Shown here in pieces: positions 41,621 through 54,300 of a stretch of DNA of 64,000 nucleotides. The notes under the pieces were generated by a model, which was given only the letters and a program-made list of their open reading frames with translations, was not told the origin of the DNA and searched no databases. This DNA comes from Eledone cirrhosa. Taxonomy: Eukaryota. The stretch covers positions 9,920,001 through 9,984,000 of the forward strand of contig OZ024747.1 of the NCBI GenBank assembly GCA_964016885.1. The letters run 5' to 3'. The stretch's first letter is position 1; each line of letters opens with the position of its first letter. A program made the position numbers and the translations under genes.

Positions 41621-43493
41621 CATCATCACCGTTTTACGTCCATTCTTCCATGCTAGCATGGGTTAGATGGGTTGTCCTGTTGTGGGCAGTGTCTGGTCGG
41701 CTGACCATGCCTTGCTCATACAGGAACTGATTTTGGCTTGGTTTCTACAGCTGGATGCCCTTCCTAACACCAACCTCATTTACAGTGAGTGCTGGGTGCT
41801 TTTTTCCGCGGCGCCTGCATGTCCACTTTAGTGTGGGCTGGGTGCTTTTTTGCCGTGGCACCTCCACGACCACTTTGCAGTGGGAGGGTGTGGGGGCATA
41901 TTGTCTATATGCTTCAGCTTGTACCCATGGGAGGTTGGGTACTCTGTATTACTGCGTGACGCCAGAGGTCACGGTCGTGTGTCTTTTATCACCTCATCCC
42001 AGGTCTTCTTGGGTCTCCCCACTCCGCGGTTTCCATTGACTTCAAGTGCTCTGCACCTTTTCATGCAGCTGTCATCCTTCATACGCATCACATGTCCATA
42101 CCAACACAACCGCCTCTCTTGCACACAGCATTTGATTCCTCCTATGCTCAGTCTCTCTCTCAATTCATTTATGCTTTGCCGTTTGCGTATATTACTATTA
42201 CACATCCATCGGAGCATGAGGCTTCGTTTCTTTCTAATCTACGCAAGTCTTCCACGGACAGCGCCCAGGTCTCACTACCATGTAACATTGCGGTTCGTAA
42301 ACACACATCATACAGCCTGCCTTTTATTTTGAGGGAGAAGCCTTTTGCAGCTAGCAGTGGCAATAGTTCCCTGAACTTCTTCCATCCCGTTCTTACCCTA
42401 GTTATTGTACTTTCTGAATACCCACCTCCGCTGCTAATTCGGTCACCTAGGTAGGAGAAGCTGTCTACTGTTTCTACAGAGCCCTCCCAGAGATTGGTGG
42501 TACTTGTTTCCTGTGGCTGTTTGCTGCCCCAGCACAGCTGCTACATTCTTAATTAAGCTTCCTGAGATCCCGCTACATCTCTTGTGTTTGCATTTGGGGC
42601 AGAGAATAGAGTTCCTACCTACACCTTTCCTACATACTGAGCAAGGCCATTTCCCTGAGGGGATCTGGGTTCTGTTTTCTCGTCTACTTACAAGGACCTT
42701 AGTCTTTGTCATGTTGACTTTGAGACCCTTTCTTTCTAGTCCCTGCTTCTAAGTTTGGAATTTCTTCTCTAGTTCTACCATAGATTCATCTATAAGTGCG
42801 AGGTCATCTGCATACAGGAGTTCCCATGGGCATCCGGTCTTAAACTCCTCCGCTATTGCCTGCAGAACTATGATGAACAGGAGAGGGCTAAGAACAGAGC
42901 CCTGGTGGACACCAACCTGTACGCTAAATTCCTCGCTATACTCATTGCTAATCCTAACTTTGCTGACTGCTCCCCTATACATGGCTTGTACAGCTTTCAC
43001 AAGCCATTCATCTACTCCTAATTTTCTAAGAGCCCACCAGATTATAACACATGGAACTCTGTCAAAGGCTTTCTCGAGATCGACGAATGCCAGGTAGAGT
43101 GGCTTACTTTTAGCTAGGTACTTTTCCTGTAACTGCCTCACAAGGAAGAGGGCATCAGTGGTGCCTCTTCCTGGTACAAACCCAAATTGCATCTCATCTA
43201 ATTTCACCCGGTCCCTAATCAACTGTGCTATTATTCTTTCTGTTACTTTCATGACCTGGTCCATCAGCTTTATACCTCTATAGTTTCCTCTATCTAGTGC
43301 ATCACCTTTACCTTTGTAGCAGTTGACAATGATGCTACTGCACCAATCATTTGGTATGACACCTTCTAGTATTACCTGGTTAACAATACGTGTGGTTATA
43401 GTGTGACCTACAGACCCAGATGCCTTCAGCATCTCGGCAGCTATACCCGATGGACCGGTTGCCTTCCCCATCTTCATATCTTTGATTACCTTC
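41621..43493 (-). mobile_element. 5'-truncated, inactivated RTE-clade non-LTR retrotransposon
   Basis: RT motifs KATGPSG, NYRGIKL, FVDLEKAFD, GVHQGSVLSP and YADD (42749-43495), then a premature TAG and frameshifts. Followed by a KWPCSVC Cys-rich segment, MLHGSETW, RLCWYGHVMRM, a 3' UTR and a (GAT)n end. Confidence 0.93.
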
Positions 43494-43634
43494 ATAAATA
43501 AATTTTTACATACCCAGATAAAAAGACAACCTTAACGGTTGGAGCTTCCTGGATAGTGACTATCCAGGAAGCTCCAACCGTTAAGGTTGTCTTTTTTTCC
43601 GGGTATGTCAATATTTATTTATAAAACAAATCTG

Positions 43635-43700
43635 TATTTTATCTGATGAAAGCGCACCATAATTTGCCTTGGTTGCCCTTGAAATATATATAATAAAATA
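43635..43700 (+). ncRNA. Minimal type I hammerhead motif (right arm of copy 2)
   Basis: TATTTTAT 43635-43642, CTGATGA 43643-43649, stem II, GAAA 43681-43684, TATATA TA, ATAAAATA. Confidence 0.72.
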
Positions 43701-43749
43701 AATATGGTTTTATAAATATAGTTTCCATTTATTAATAGATTGTGAATAT

Positions 43750-43803
<54 letters not shown>

Positions 43804-43902
43804 CAGGGTGTCCCAAAAAATGTATACACACTTTGATTACCTATACAGGCAATATTTATTAGAATGCTGTTGAAGTGAGTATACATTTTTTTGGACACCC
43901 TG
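43804..43902. mobile_element. ~100-bp Tc1/mariner MITE
   Basis: TIRs CAGGGTGTCCCAAAAAATGTATACACACTT / AAGTGAGTATACATTTTTTTGGACACCCTG, inserted in a TA tract. Confidence 0.85.
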
Positions 43903-44370
43903 TGTATATATATATATAAACAGGTTTCGCCCAGTATTAGTCCAGGCCATAGCAAAGGTAAAACTATATATACAATTACATTTGCTATGTGAACGAGTGG
44001 ACTTGAGATGTCCCCACCTCCTGTGTAAGGTCGTATCTGAATTTCGGGTATATTCTGCTTCTGGTTAATGTTTTTTAAACCTCCGAAGATGGTTGAAGTA
44101 TAATATATCTATATATATAATTTTGTATGCATAGATCTTGATTATATGAATTTTTACCTAACATTATTCGAATAATTTGATGTTCAACTCACTTCAAACG
44201 TGTAAGGAATTAAAAAAATGATTTAAAAGCTAATTTCTCCATCTGTATATTTCATCTTATATATATATACATGGCGTTGTATTGTAGGATGGTAGTTTAC
44301 TTTTGCTTGGGCTCGTGGTTGTCTTTGATTTAATCTGGATGTATTTACGTTAGAGTGAAGGCAATTGATG

Positions 44371-44415
<45 letters not shown>

Positions 44416-44805
44416 GGGAAAACAATATTGCGTTCGATCTCAACTTAACCAATTCAAATAAGTTGTTGGTTGGCTCAGTATGAACTAAGAACACACTGAA
44501 ATTACTAACCTCTGTTGTACAAATTATTAAGAAAATAGACTTCTCAGGAAGTTTTCTTTAAAAGATGTAATACTGCTATTGAAATAAATAAATCCATCGA
44601 GATATTCTAAGGAAAACATTTGAACTTGAAAATAAAGACACGGGTTCAAGATCACCTTGGCTATATTAATGAGGAAATATAAGATATATTAATGAAGGGA
44701 TAAGATATCTTTTTAAATATTATAATATTAAAAACACAAATGTTTGTTATTATAGAAATGAAGACAATATCTTATGTTGGTAAATTAAATCTAAATAAAT
44801 CTTAC

Positions 44806-44850
44806 TTTGATCAAAGGAGAAACAGCGAGAGGTGCAGCGGCGGCAGCCAT
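44806..44850 (-). CDS. ATP5ME: ATP synthase subunit e, exon 1 (MAAAAAPLAVSPLIK)
   Basis: Start context caacATGG, the conserved VSPLIK N-terminal motif of subunit e, and a phase-0 donor gtaaga. The spliced CDS is 252 nt (83 aa plus stop). Confidence 0.93.
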
Positions 44851-45039
44851 GTTGACAGGAGAGTGGATCTGTGTTCGGGTTTAGAAACTGCTATTCTGTT
44901 ATCTATTGACAATGCACTACATCTGTATTCCGTTTCATAAACTGTTATTCTGTAATCTATCGACAGAATAGAATTATGGGATAATAGAATACTCACCCAG
45001 ATGTGTGTGCGCACGCGTGTGTGTGTATATGTATGTGAA

Positions 45040-45305
45040 GCCGAGTGGCTTAGAGGTTAGGGTATTCGGCTCACGGTCGTAATATCGTGAGTTCAACAAC
45101 CACCGAGGCGTTGTGTTCTTCAGCAAGACACTTTATTTCACATTGCTCCAGTCTATTCAGCTGACAACAATGAGTTGTGCCTGTTATTCGAACGGCTAGC
45201 CGTGTCACGTTGAATTTCCCTGAGAACTACGTTAATGGTACGCGTGTCTGTGGAATGCTCAACCACTTGCACTTTAATTTCATGAACTGTTCCATTGAGT
45301 GAACA
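45040..45305 (+). mobile_element. tRNA-derived CORE-like SINE just upstream of the ATP synthase e gene
   Basis: TGGCTTAGAGGTTAGGG A-box, GAGTTCAA B-box and GCAAGACACTTTATTTCACATTGCTCCAGTC core-like motif. Confidence 0.65.
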
Positions 45306-45981
45306 AGTAAAAGTCCTTTTTGAAACCAAACGCGGTTCACCGTCCCATATGTAAATGGAACCAATATTTGTGTTTATCAATAACATTATATTTGTAATGT
45401 TCTTTGGAAAGAATTGCGAGCAATTTATAATGTTATTTATGCATTTGTAATGGTATTTATACATCTGTGAATAACATTTTATATGAAAGTACAACGTCTT
45501 ATCTACATATGTATGGCCGTAGTGTAACTGTTGTGTAGCTATTTTTAAAATCAAATTTATACTCCAAACATGTGCTTTAACGTAACACAAAACATCAGCT
45601 ACTCTCAGGTCAGGTTATCTAAGCTTAGTTTAGTTCAGATTATTTGCTGTGCTGCATAAGGTTTGTATTTCTTCTGTATGACTTACTATAGCAGTCTGTT
45701 ACTCATGATGAAGATAAATTAATCTTAGCTGGTGGTGGTACTTACGAAATTGTATATTTCTTAGTGATACAGAAGAGGTGTGATCCTGCAGTTGAGATTG
45801 CTGTATGAAACATCTGTGGTGACACTGAAAGAAAGGAACCAAGTTGTAGACCTCCTTGCAGTGTGTCCTGGAAACTGATTACTGACCTCAATTAGGTGAA
45901 TGACAACACTCTGAGACAGCCACTGTGTCATATACAAGAAAGAAGAAGAAGCAGCTATTGAAATGTTAACATCAATAACAA

Positions 45982-46325
45982 TAATTGTTTCTACTTTTGG
46001 CACAAGGCCAGCAATTACCCAGTGTATTACTGGTACTTTATTTTATCGACCCCGTAAGGATGAAAGGCAAAGTTAACCTCGGCGGGATTATAACAATAAT
46101 AATAATAATAATTGTTTCTATTATAGACACAATGCCAGCATTTTGGGGGAGGGGAAAGTCGATTAAATCAACCCCAGTGCATTACTGGTACTTTATTTTA
46201 TGGGATCAGTTAGAGACGGTTGCTTCCAACAGGACCCGCTGGAAGGAGTGTTTGAGGACTCTGCCTCCACAACCCTCTCAGGAATAAGTGGGTGAAGAAG
46301 GAGAAGAAGAAGAAGAATAAGAAGT
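45982..46325. mobile_element. SINE fragments (-) followed by an RTE 3' end with (GAA)n tail (+)
   Basis: Same family motifs as seen elsewhere in the window. Confidence 0.7.
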
Positions 46326-46934
46326 TATTAAAAGTTTCCGTCCTCCGACAATACCATTATTTGGTACCAGATATGTGACGTAATAAGACATGTTGAGATG
46401 TAAGATGTTATTAAAACTAAAATGTTGATCCATTAAATTGCTAATCAATTGGATGAGTCAACCGGTGTTTCTTGTTTGCGTTCAGTTAATTTAATTAGGA
46501 AATGGTGAATTAGCAGACTCATTAGAACAACATCAGTCGGAATGTTTTGTGCTGTTTGTTCCAGCTCTCAGTGCTCTGAGCTCAAATAGCGCCAAGGTCA
46601 ACTTTGCGTTTCATCCTTTCAAGGTCAATCAATAAAAAAAAAAGTACCAGTCTAGTACTGGGGTCAATTATTTCTCTCTCTCTCTCTGGAAGAAATCAGC
46701 TGTGTTCAGACTTGGAAAGGGATGGGCTCCACCAAGTTTAAAATACCCAAGAAATACATATGTCACTATGATGCCACCACTATGACTCCACCAGGAGTTA
46801 TAGGTCCATACATATTTGATGGTGTCAAAGTCTATTTTGAGCAGATGTCACCTTCAGTTCTTGACCACATATCTCACTACTGCACCTCTACAACTCCACC
46901 AGGAGTTATACGTCCATACATATAATCTGCTTAG

Positions 46935-47460
46935 ATTGCTGATGATGGGCTGACAGATGAGTTCTGGTTCAGCATTCCAGTTGAAACAACAACAACCATG
47001 ACACAAGACATTATTGTTATGGCAACAACCTACTTTACAAAGCTGTGGAATCTAGTGGGGGAAGACAAGGAACTAGTTGTACAGATGAAGCACAGGCAAT
47101 GCTTGGTGTAAAACCTGATTGTGTTGTATTGTCAAAAACAATTATGTCATGCCAAACCAATGGTGTGTGAGCACTGAACATTAATTTGTTCATAGAGTTG
47201 TGTGAAGAATTTGGCCTTGAACAGATGGAACTGTTTTGGCACATTTAGGGGAGATGGTTGTCCTGCTACAAGGGTTTTGATTGAGTTTTTTTTAACTATT
47301 ATGAGAAATAGCAGACTTTCTTGTGGAAACAGTACACCAGGAAAACACTGACTGAAAAGCGTACAAGTTTTGTAATGTCAACAAACATAAAAAACTTGGA
47401 TTCTGATTATCACAAATTTTCTGTTGAGATTTTTTGGTTCAAAGTATGGAAGGCAATTAT
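46935..47460 (+). pseudogene. Degraded hAT (Charlie/Buster-type) transposase fragment
   Basis: Broken-frame remnants SCTDEAQAMLG, LFIELCEEFG..ELFWHI*GRWLS and EIADFL resemble the CTDGAxAMxG and LLxHTEVRWLSRG motifs. Confidence 0.65.
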
Positions 47461-47899
47461 ATATCTACTGGATCTTACACTCTTTGGAGTATCATGACTA
47501 AAAAGAATCTATGTTAATAAATACATATAAAGAATATATAAGCAGCCTATACAAATCGACGGGGAAACTTTTATCTATTTGTTTTAACCTGTTAGAAATG
47601 ACAGCTAAATCTCCTTTAAACCATACCCTACTGTCTTAAAATAGGAAGGACACATTAGATAATATAGTCTTAAATTTTTCAACAGATGCAAAACTGGGAT
47701 CATCATCACCGTTTAACGTCCATTTTCCCACGTTAGCATGGGCTAGACGAGTTGTCCTATTGTGAGACAAGCCAGGTCAGATTTATTGAAGATAATTAAA
47801 AAAGGTTAGTCATAAAACATACATCTTAAGAATATTCCTGAAAAAGGGAGACAACTCTTTACTCAACTGGAGAATATGAAAGTTATAGATGCTTTCAAC

Positions 47900-48405
47900 A
47901 AACGTTTGTGGGAGCTGGGAAGCTGGCTGTGAAATTCTTGTCATCATTAGCCTTTCCATGCCCATGAGGGTACTTGGTTGTTTCAACACCTTAGCCTCGC
48001 CATCACCCGATCTTACTGAAGTGTCAGGTGATCGATGTGAGGGTGCTCGGTTGTTTCAGAGTCAACAATGACAAGAACTTTGTTGTCAGCGGTCCAGCTT
48101 ACCCCACTCATCGAAAACGACTCAAATACCATGGGTTAAAAAATATTTGTTGCCGATAATTCGTTATTTTAGAATTTTATTCCGTTCAGCTACGGATGCA
48201 ATAACTTTCACCACAGTGTTGGGGGCGCGAGCAAAAGAGTCGCTAAATCTGGTGTCCCAAATTAGACAGCTACCTCTTACCCAAAGGCAAAAAATGTCAA
48301 GGCCATCTGGCCTCTCCCCAACAAATCTGGACAATCCAGCTGGCTTCTGACTTGAAGGGTTGTAGACTCGAGTCCGGACCCTCTTAATATATCTCAGCTC
48401 CAATG
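47900..48405 (-). pseudogene. Relic restriction-like endonuclease domain of a CRE-type non-LTR retrotransposon
   Basis: KPAGLSRFVGERPDG...LIWDTRFSDSFA...AERNKILK, then frame-shifted PMVFES..WG. This matches the EPxGL..RPDG..WDxT..D..AE..K..KY..FxPxAxE..GxWG pattern. Confidence 0.7.
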
Positions 48406-48874
48406 CGAGACGGGTGTAAAGGTTAAAAAAAACTATGAGGATGACTCAACCCACCTCTCTTCCTCCCGTTTCTGAAGGGTTTAAACGTCAGGTTTATTAA
48501 AAACACTTTAAAACCCATAGGAAAAACATTAATTTCTAGCTCGGCCTGAGAGGAGTCTAATAGTAAATAATTACTAAGACAGCAGCCAAATAGCCATAAT
48601 AAAAGACCTTAACATCTTTTTTAAAAAGTTAAGACATTAGCTAATGTATATAAGTTCCTTATATACAAAAACAGGAAGCTCGTAGTTTGAATGTTTTTGA
48701 TCAAACAACTTTGACCATAAGTGTGCGTAGTCAGGAATAACCTAGGGCTAAACAGCAGTTGTTATTATTCAACTCAGATGAGCCCGATCGATTAGACGTA
48801 TTTTTTTTAAAGTGTGTGTACTTTAATTTATCTGGGGTCAGGATTTCAAGAGACGTCGATAAACCGGACAGCTA

Positions 48875-48910
<36 letters not shown>

Positions 48911-49537
48911 GCAGCTATTGTTCCTTCAACACTATTTGAACTCAGAACGGTGTTGTATTTATAATGAAATACTATAGCAAGGTGCTGAAAAACTAGTTTA
49001 GCCGGTGGTACCAACAAAATAAAAGCTACTACAGCGACGAGGTCGCCTACACCACTCATACCATTATTCTGTGCTAGCCGTATTAAATAACGAACAGGTT
49101 CTACTCTCGAAGAAACGTTTATAATTAACAAACATTCTGTTGGATTCTTAACGGGATTTTCGTAGCAGATTCAATCTTCCTTTATATTTATATATTGTCT
49201 TTCTTTTAAAAATGAACCTTTATTAATTCATTTATTTCCCCCCCAAAAAAAAACATTTTAATTCTGTATATATATTCAAGAAAAAAAAAAATATTATGAA
49301 ATAGAATTTTTTATTTAAAAAAGTTTAAATTTCATAAAAGACGAAAAAAAAACCCCCAAATATTGTCTTACAGAAGCAGGTTCCAAATTTCGAAAGAAAA
49401 TAAGTGAAATAAAATCTAAGAAGGAGAAATAGAAAAGACCTTGACTTTGCGAGTAGAAATTCATCGCTAGGTGTTGTGGTGATAGTGTTGTTGTTGTGGT
49501 GTTGTTGAGGACATTTCACTTTACACACGGATCCCCT

Positions 49538-49687
49538 ATGGAGCAGGAACATTTACTGTTGGCCGTTCTATCTGTCCTTGTTCTGCCTATGATATTTATC
49601 TTATTTACTGTTATAGTACTTGCTTCTCTCGGTAAATCCCTTGGCGTCAGGAAAAGATATGTGAAGCTACTACTGAAAATATTTCAG
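49538..49687 (+). CDS. GPAT4: Glycerol-3-phosphate acyltransferase 3/4-like, first coding exon (no further exons identified in the window)
   Basis: MEQEHLLLAVLSVLVLPMIFILFTVIVLASLGKSLGVRKRYVKLLLKIFQ has an N-terminal transmembrane segment plus the GxSxGxRxxYxKxLxKIF motif of GPAT3/4. Phase-0 donor CAG|gtaagt at 49688. Confidence 0.85.
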
Positions 49688-51183
49688 GTAAGTAAACTTA
49701 GTTTTGTCGTGTTTTTTTGTCTGTATTTTCTTTTTGTGGGGTGCTGGGGGTTTCACCTTTCAGGTCCCTCCAGCAACTTCTTAGTTAAGTAACATGAGCA
49801 GACGATATTATTTCTCTTTCTCACTGCTACCATTCATCTCAACTTTCGGTTTTCTTTTTGTATATATATATATTTGTATATGTGTGGATATAATCTTGGT
49901 AATATTGTATAGGGAGACTTCTTGTGATTATAACATGTGTATATACCCTCCCACTTCTAGCTTTCGTCTTTCACAACGAAATACTTGATATATATTATTT
50001 ATGTACAAGACATTAGCTAACTCTATAGACATTTTATTGTATATTTTACTATAATAAACCCCGAGCAATATACTTCATACGATAAGGGTTTTAGTATTCT
50101 TAGGACTTGTCTGGTGATTTCATAGGAAGGAAACAGTCCTTCTCCTGTAGAAGTCATTTTTATATAAAATAAAGAATGCCTATACTCTACCAATGTATTG
50201 AGTACCTTTTTTAACTGTGGTTACCCCCTGACACAACTCGGGAATCTACATATGTGTGTGTGTGTATAATATGTATGTATATAGCCAAGCAATATATTTT
50301 CTACGGCACTACTTTGAATGTATTTATAATATACACTATATGTTATATAGGTAATTACTATATACACAAGCAATATATTGATACTATACAGAATAAAAAG
50401 GTTTTTGTTGGTTTTTCTGGGGTGGTTTCTGGACGACTAATAAGGGTTGACATTTATTATTTCCATCCTTATATCCAACAAAAGAATATTTTTAAAAACT
50501 TTTATTTTAAAACCCTGTCTTCTAGTTAGGATTATTGCCGGGAATACGGACCAAAAATGACACCAAAATCTAAATATTTAGTGACACGGGGAGAGTTTCA
50601 TCACTAAGGTTTATTTACTCAAGTAATTCTAGAAATTTACTCTAGTTCCGTTCATTTACTTCTAGGGACCGAGTTCAAATTCCATTGAGGGCGACTTTGA
50701 CTTTCACCCTTCTGACGGGGGTTGATAAAATAAAATACTAGTCAAGTATTGAGGTCTGAGGTTAATTTAATCGACTTTATCGAAAGATCGGTGAATGTGT
50801 GTCTATGTTTGCATCAATTTAAAGACTGGGTCTTTTAATTTACTTAACCACATTGCCATAAAGTAACATATATCAATTCATTGACACCAGAAACTTCATT
50901 ATCACTATTTAAGGTAGAATATCTTTGGGTAAAATTAAAGGCTTTTATTGTCAGAATATACAGAAGACACTGTTGGTGTGTGGAGTATCAGTCGTCTTAA
51001 CTGATCTAACGTATTTATTATAACCTCAGTTACTAAACCAAACTTATTAGAACCGATTATTATAGCCACTCTAAGGCGTTTATTATTCCTTTCACACTGA
51101 AGCCCCTAATTTTTGGAAGGTATTGATAAAGATTAGTGATAAGCTAATTCCTGAAACCAGTCTACAACAACGTAACGGTTAAT

Positions 51184-51305
51184 AATAATTGTTTTTACTT
51201 TTGGCACAAGGCCAGCAAACACCCAGTACATTACTGGTACTTTATTTTATCGACAGCATAAGGATGAAAGGCAAAGTTAACCTCGGCGGGATTTGAACTC
51301 AGACC
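51184..51305 (-). mobile_element. Truncated tRNA-derived SINE
   Basis: Family tail, body and reverse B-box. Confidence 0.8.
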
Positions 51306-54300
51306 AATAATAATGATTTTGGCACTACACCACATATATGACTGGTACTTGTATGTTAGATTGTGGTGGAAAATAGTGCTTAACGATCACCACAAAAGCT
51401 ACTCATATTCCGGCGAGGTATGTTAGTCTATTATAGCGAACTAGTAACTATTTGTTGTTGTTTAGCCCCAAATTAATACTGAATGAACAGAATTGTAATC
51501 AAGATCCTTCCAGTCATGACCATGTCTTTGTTCCTATGTACAGATAACACAATATCACATAATTCCATCGTGTCCATTTATTCTAGACTTTAAGGTGTGA
51601 TTTGAAGAAAAATTGTTATTTCAACAAGACGGGAGACCACGAAGATGATCCCTTGTAATGTCTTGTTTTCTAGGTCCCTGGTAAAATAAGACAGCCACTC
51701 CCTACGGAATTTGAATTAAATTAAATTAAAAAAACCTAATGATGATGATGATAATAATTATGCCTTTATACCGAATAATTAAAGCTACCCCTAGGTATTT
51801 GATACCCAGGCCTTATTTATATCTGAACTCACAGCGGTTTATGGTAAATGTTAAGTTTTCCAGACAAAGCAGAGAAGCTGGCGCGAGGAATGGTACAAGA
51901 TGAAGAAACCTTTAATATTTCTTAATGGAAATAAATGAGATAGAATATTGGCATAAAATATTCAGGAAGAATTATTTTCTTAGAGATAGGTAAATTGTTG
52001 GAATACTCTACCAGAAAATGTGGTGGATTTTAGCAAAAATTGTGATAAACTGTAAATTCTGAAATATATAATATTTAACTTGCGAATGAGCAACGAAGCG
52101 TCACTTGATTTGGATTTAGTTTCGGTTATTATTAGCGAGTGTTTTTATCTCTGGGGAGGTTGGGATATATATTTATCTTTTAACTATATAAAACAGCACT
52201 TAAAGAAAAAGTAATAATTTACTGGGGTTATCATATCTGTCCATTCGACAAACGAACCCTTGCGAAATAGCATCAAAATCTCATTTAATTTACATCGTTG
52301 GGGACGGAAAGGGACAGACATATGATTGCTACGGGGATGATTTCCCATCATAAATTGGTCCAGTCGGGGCAGAGCTGGAGTTTTAAACAAGAATAACAAA
52401 AGAGTTCATTGAATAATGTAGTCTTGGATCAACTATGAATAATAAAGCTGAAGTAATCACAGCTGACATGTGGTTAAATCGATATATAGGAAGTTTATTA
52501 CACATCATACACCTACTTGCTTTATATATTTCATATAAAAGGGGTCATCTTTGAACATCTACACAGGATAGATACTACTCAGGAAGTACTATGTGGTCCA
52601 ATGAAGCTGTTACTGGGTTACACGACCTGCTAAACATAATAGCCAAAACCTACTTCAAAATCAAATTTCCTGTCTTTAAAAAAAAGGAATGCTACACAGT
52701 CTGGAAATATAAACAGACGCGATGGTCATGACTGGAATGTCGTTGATCAAAGCTGTTCCAACAGGGCTGACATAGGGCTAAACAAAACTAATATATAACT
52801 AGATTCCACAGCGAATACATTAATAATAAGAATATATATAGTATATTTATGTCTGTTTATAAAGAGGAGGACGTCACATTGGTTAACTCTAAAAAAACGA
52901 GATAGTCATGGCTCGATTGACCTGGGACTAAACAACTGGACCAACATTTGCTAACACATTTATTAACTGTAGATGCGGACTTTTCCTAAATATATTTCTC
53001 TAATCACGTATACTGCTTATTTGATCGATATATGTTTAAAGAATATATCGTAGGCTCCTAACTGAATTTCCAATCTATAATTTATTACAGCTAAAATACT
53101 ATAAAATAAAAATGATAATAATTGTCTGTGTTCTGCTTCACGTACAATGTGAAGTCTGCACCGTTAAATTAATAATTCTTCACTTTAATTTAAAACTGTC
53201 CCACAAACCAAATGGGACATCCTTTAGACAGTCACTTTCCCTGCTAGAAATAACAGCCAAATTTTGCCCAAATTACACCTTATCGTCTTAAATAAATGAA
53301 GAAGAAGAAAAAGACATTTTGTCTTAGATGTCATTATAAAATCTAGGATGGTTACAACTGAACTAACTGTCCTACATTTTGTTGTTTTGATATATCTCTC
53401 TAGTATAAAAAATACTTAATTGTCGGCACACCTTGAATCACTGAAGTGGCAACATAATATAACTTCTGTTACGTATTTTAAACAATTTCTTCCTTCCTCT
53501 AACGTGTTTCGTTTCTCCTTATAATATTTGTACCGAAACCATCATTCAGCTGTATAGGGAAAACAAATCTACACTGGCTTAACATTATTGGAATTGTTCG
53601 GTCTGCTAAAAATAGTAACCAAATCGCACCTACCGCGAGTATCTCTAAACCTTGACTCCTTATCCACCTCAGGCATGTTAAAAAATAAATAAATAAATGA
53701 GCGCCTACCCGACCAATATATATATAGATATAGATATATTCGTATGTGGTTGACACGGTTGAGAGAAAACTCCAGAGTAACAAGACTCACTATTTAGCCT
53801 TATAAATACACACACGCGCGCGTCAGGTTTTGGCCCCAAAATTCAATCAACCCCTGGGGATCGATATTGACCACTTTATTGACACCTTTCCATCTCAGAT
53901 GTCGTCAAGGGTTCACTGTACATTTACAGGTTCTGATATACATAAATATGAGGTAATTATTGTTGGAAGGTTTTAGTTTAAATAGGAACCCTTAAAAATG
54001 GGTTGTTTTGTTTCATAGAACCAGAGGGGGCTTTGAACGAGTTGATATCAAAATGGTTAAAATCCTTGATTAAACCTTTTCAATAAAAATAATAATAATA
54101 ATCTTCCATTCATTGGGGTGTTGCCATGCTGGGGCACCACATTAATATGAAATTTTCAAAATTTCAGTTTTTTTCTCCTTTGTACACATATCTTCTTCAC
54201 CCATTCATTCCTGTGAGGGTTGTGAGAGCAGAGTCCTCAGACTTGTCTACTAGAGGATCCTCTCAGAAGCAACTGTCTGGATCCCTAATCAAGACCAACC

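Larger units (their letters stand above)
41408..43745. mobile_element. Fold-back hammerhead-bearing element, copy 2, interrupted by an RTE LINE
   Basis: The left arm (41499-41620 plus 43494-43557) mirrors the right arm (43559-43745). A perfect 38-bp stem (43520-43557/43559-43596) surrounds a 1-nt centre. (TA)n flanks. Homologous to 171-564. Confidence 0.8.

Noticed and set aside
51864-51940. Candidate GPAT exon 2 after ttttccag
   Set aside because: The phase-0 reading reaches a stop with no donor and shows no GPAT similarity; a candidate at about 57444 fails in the same way.
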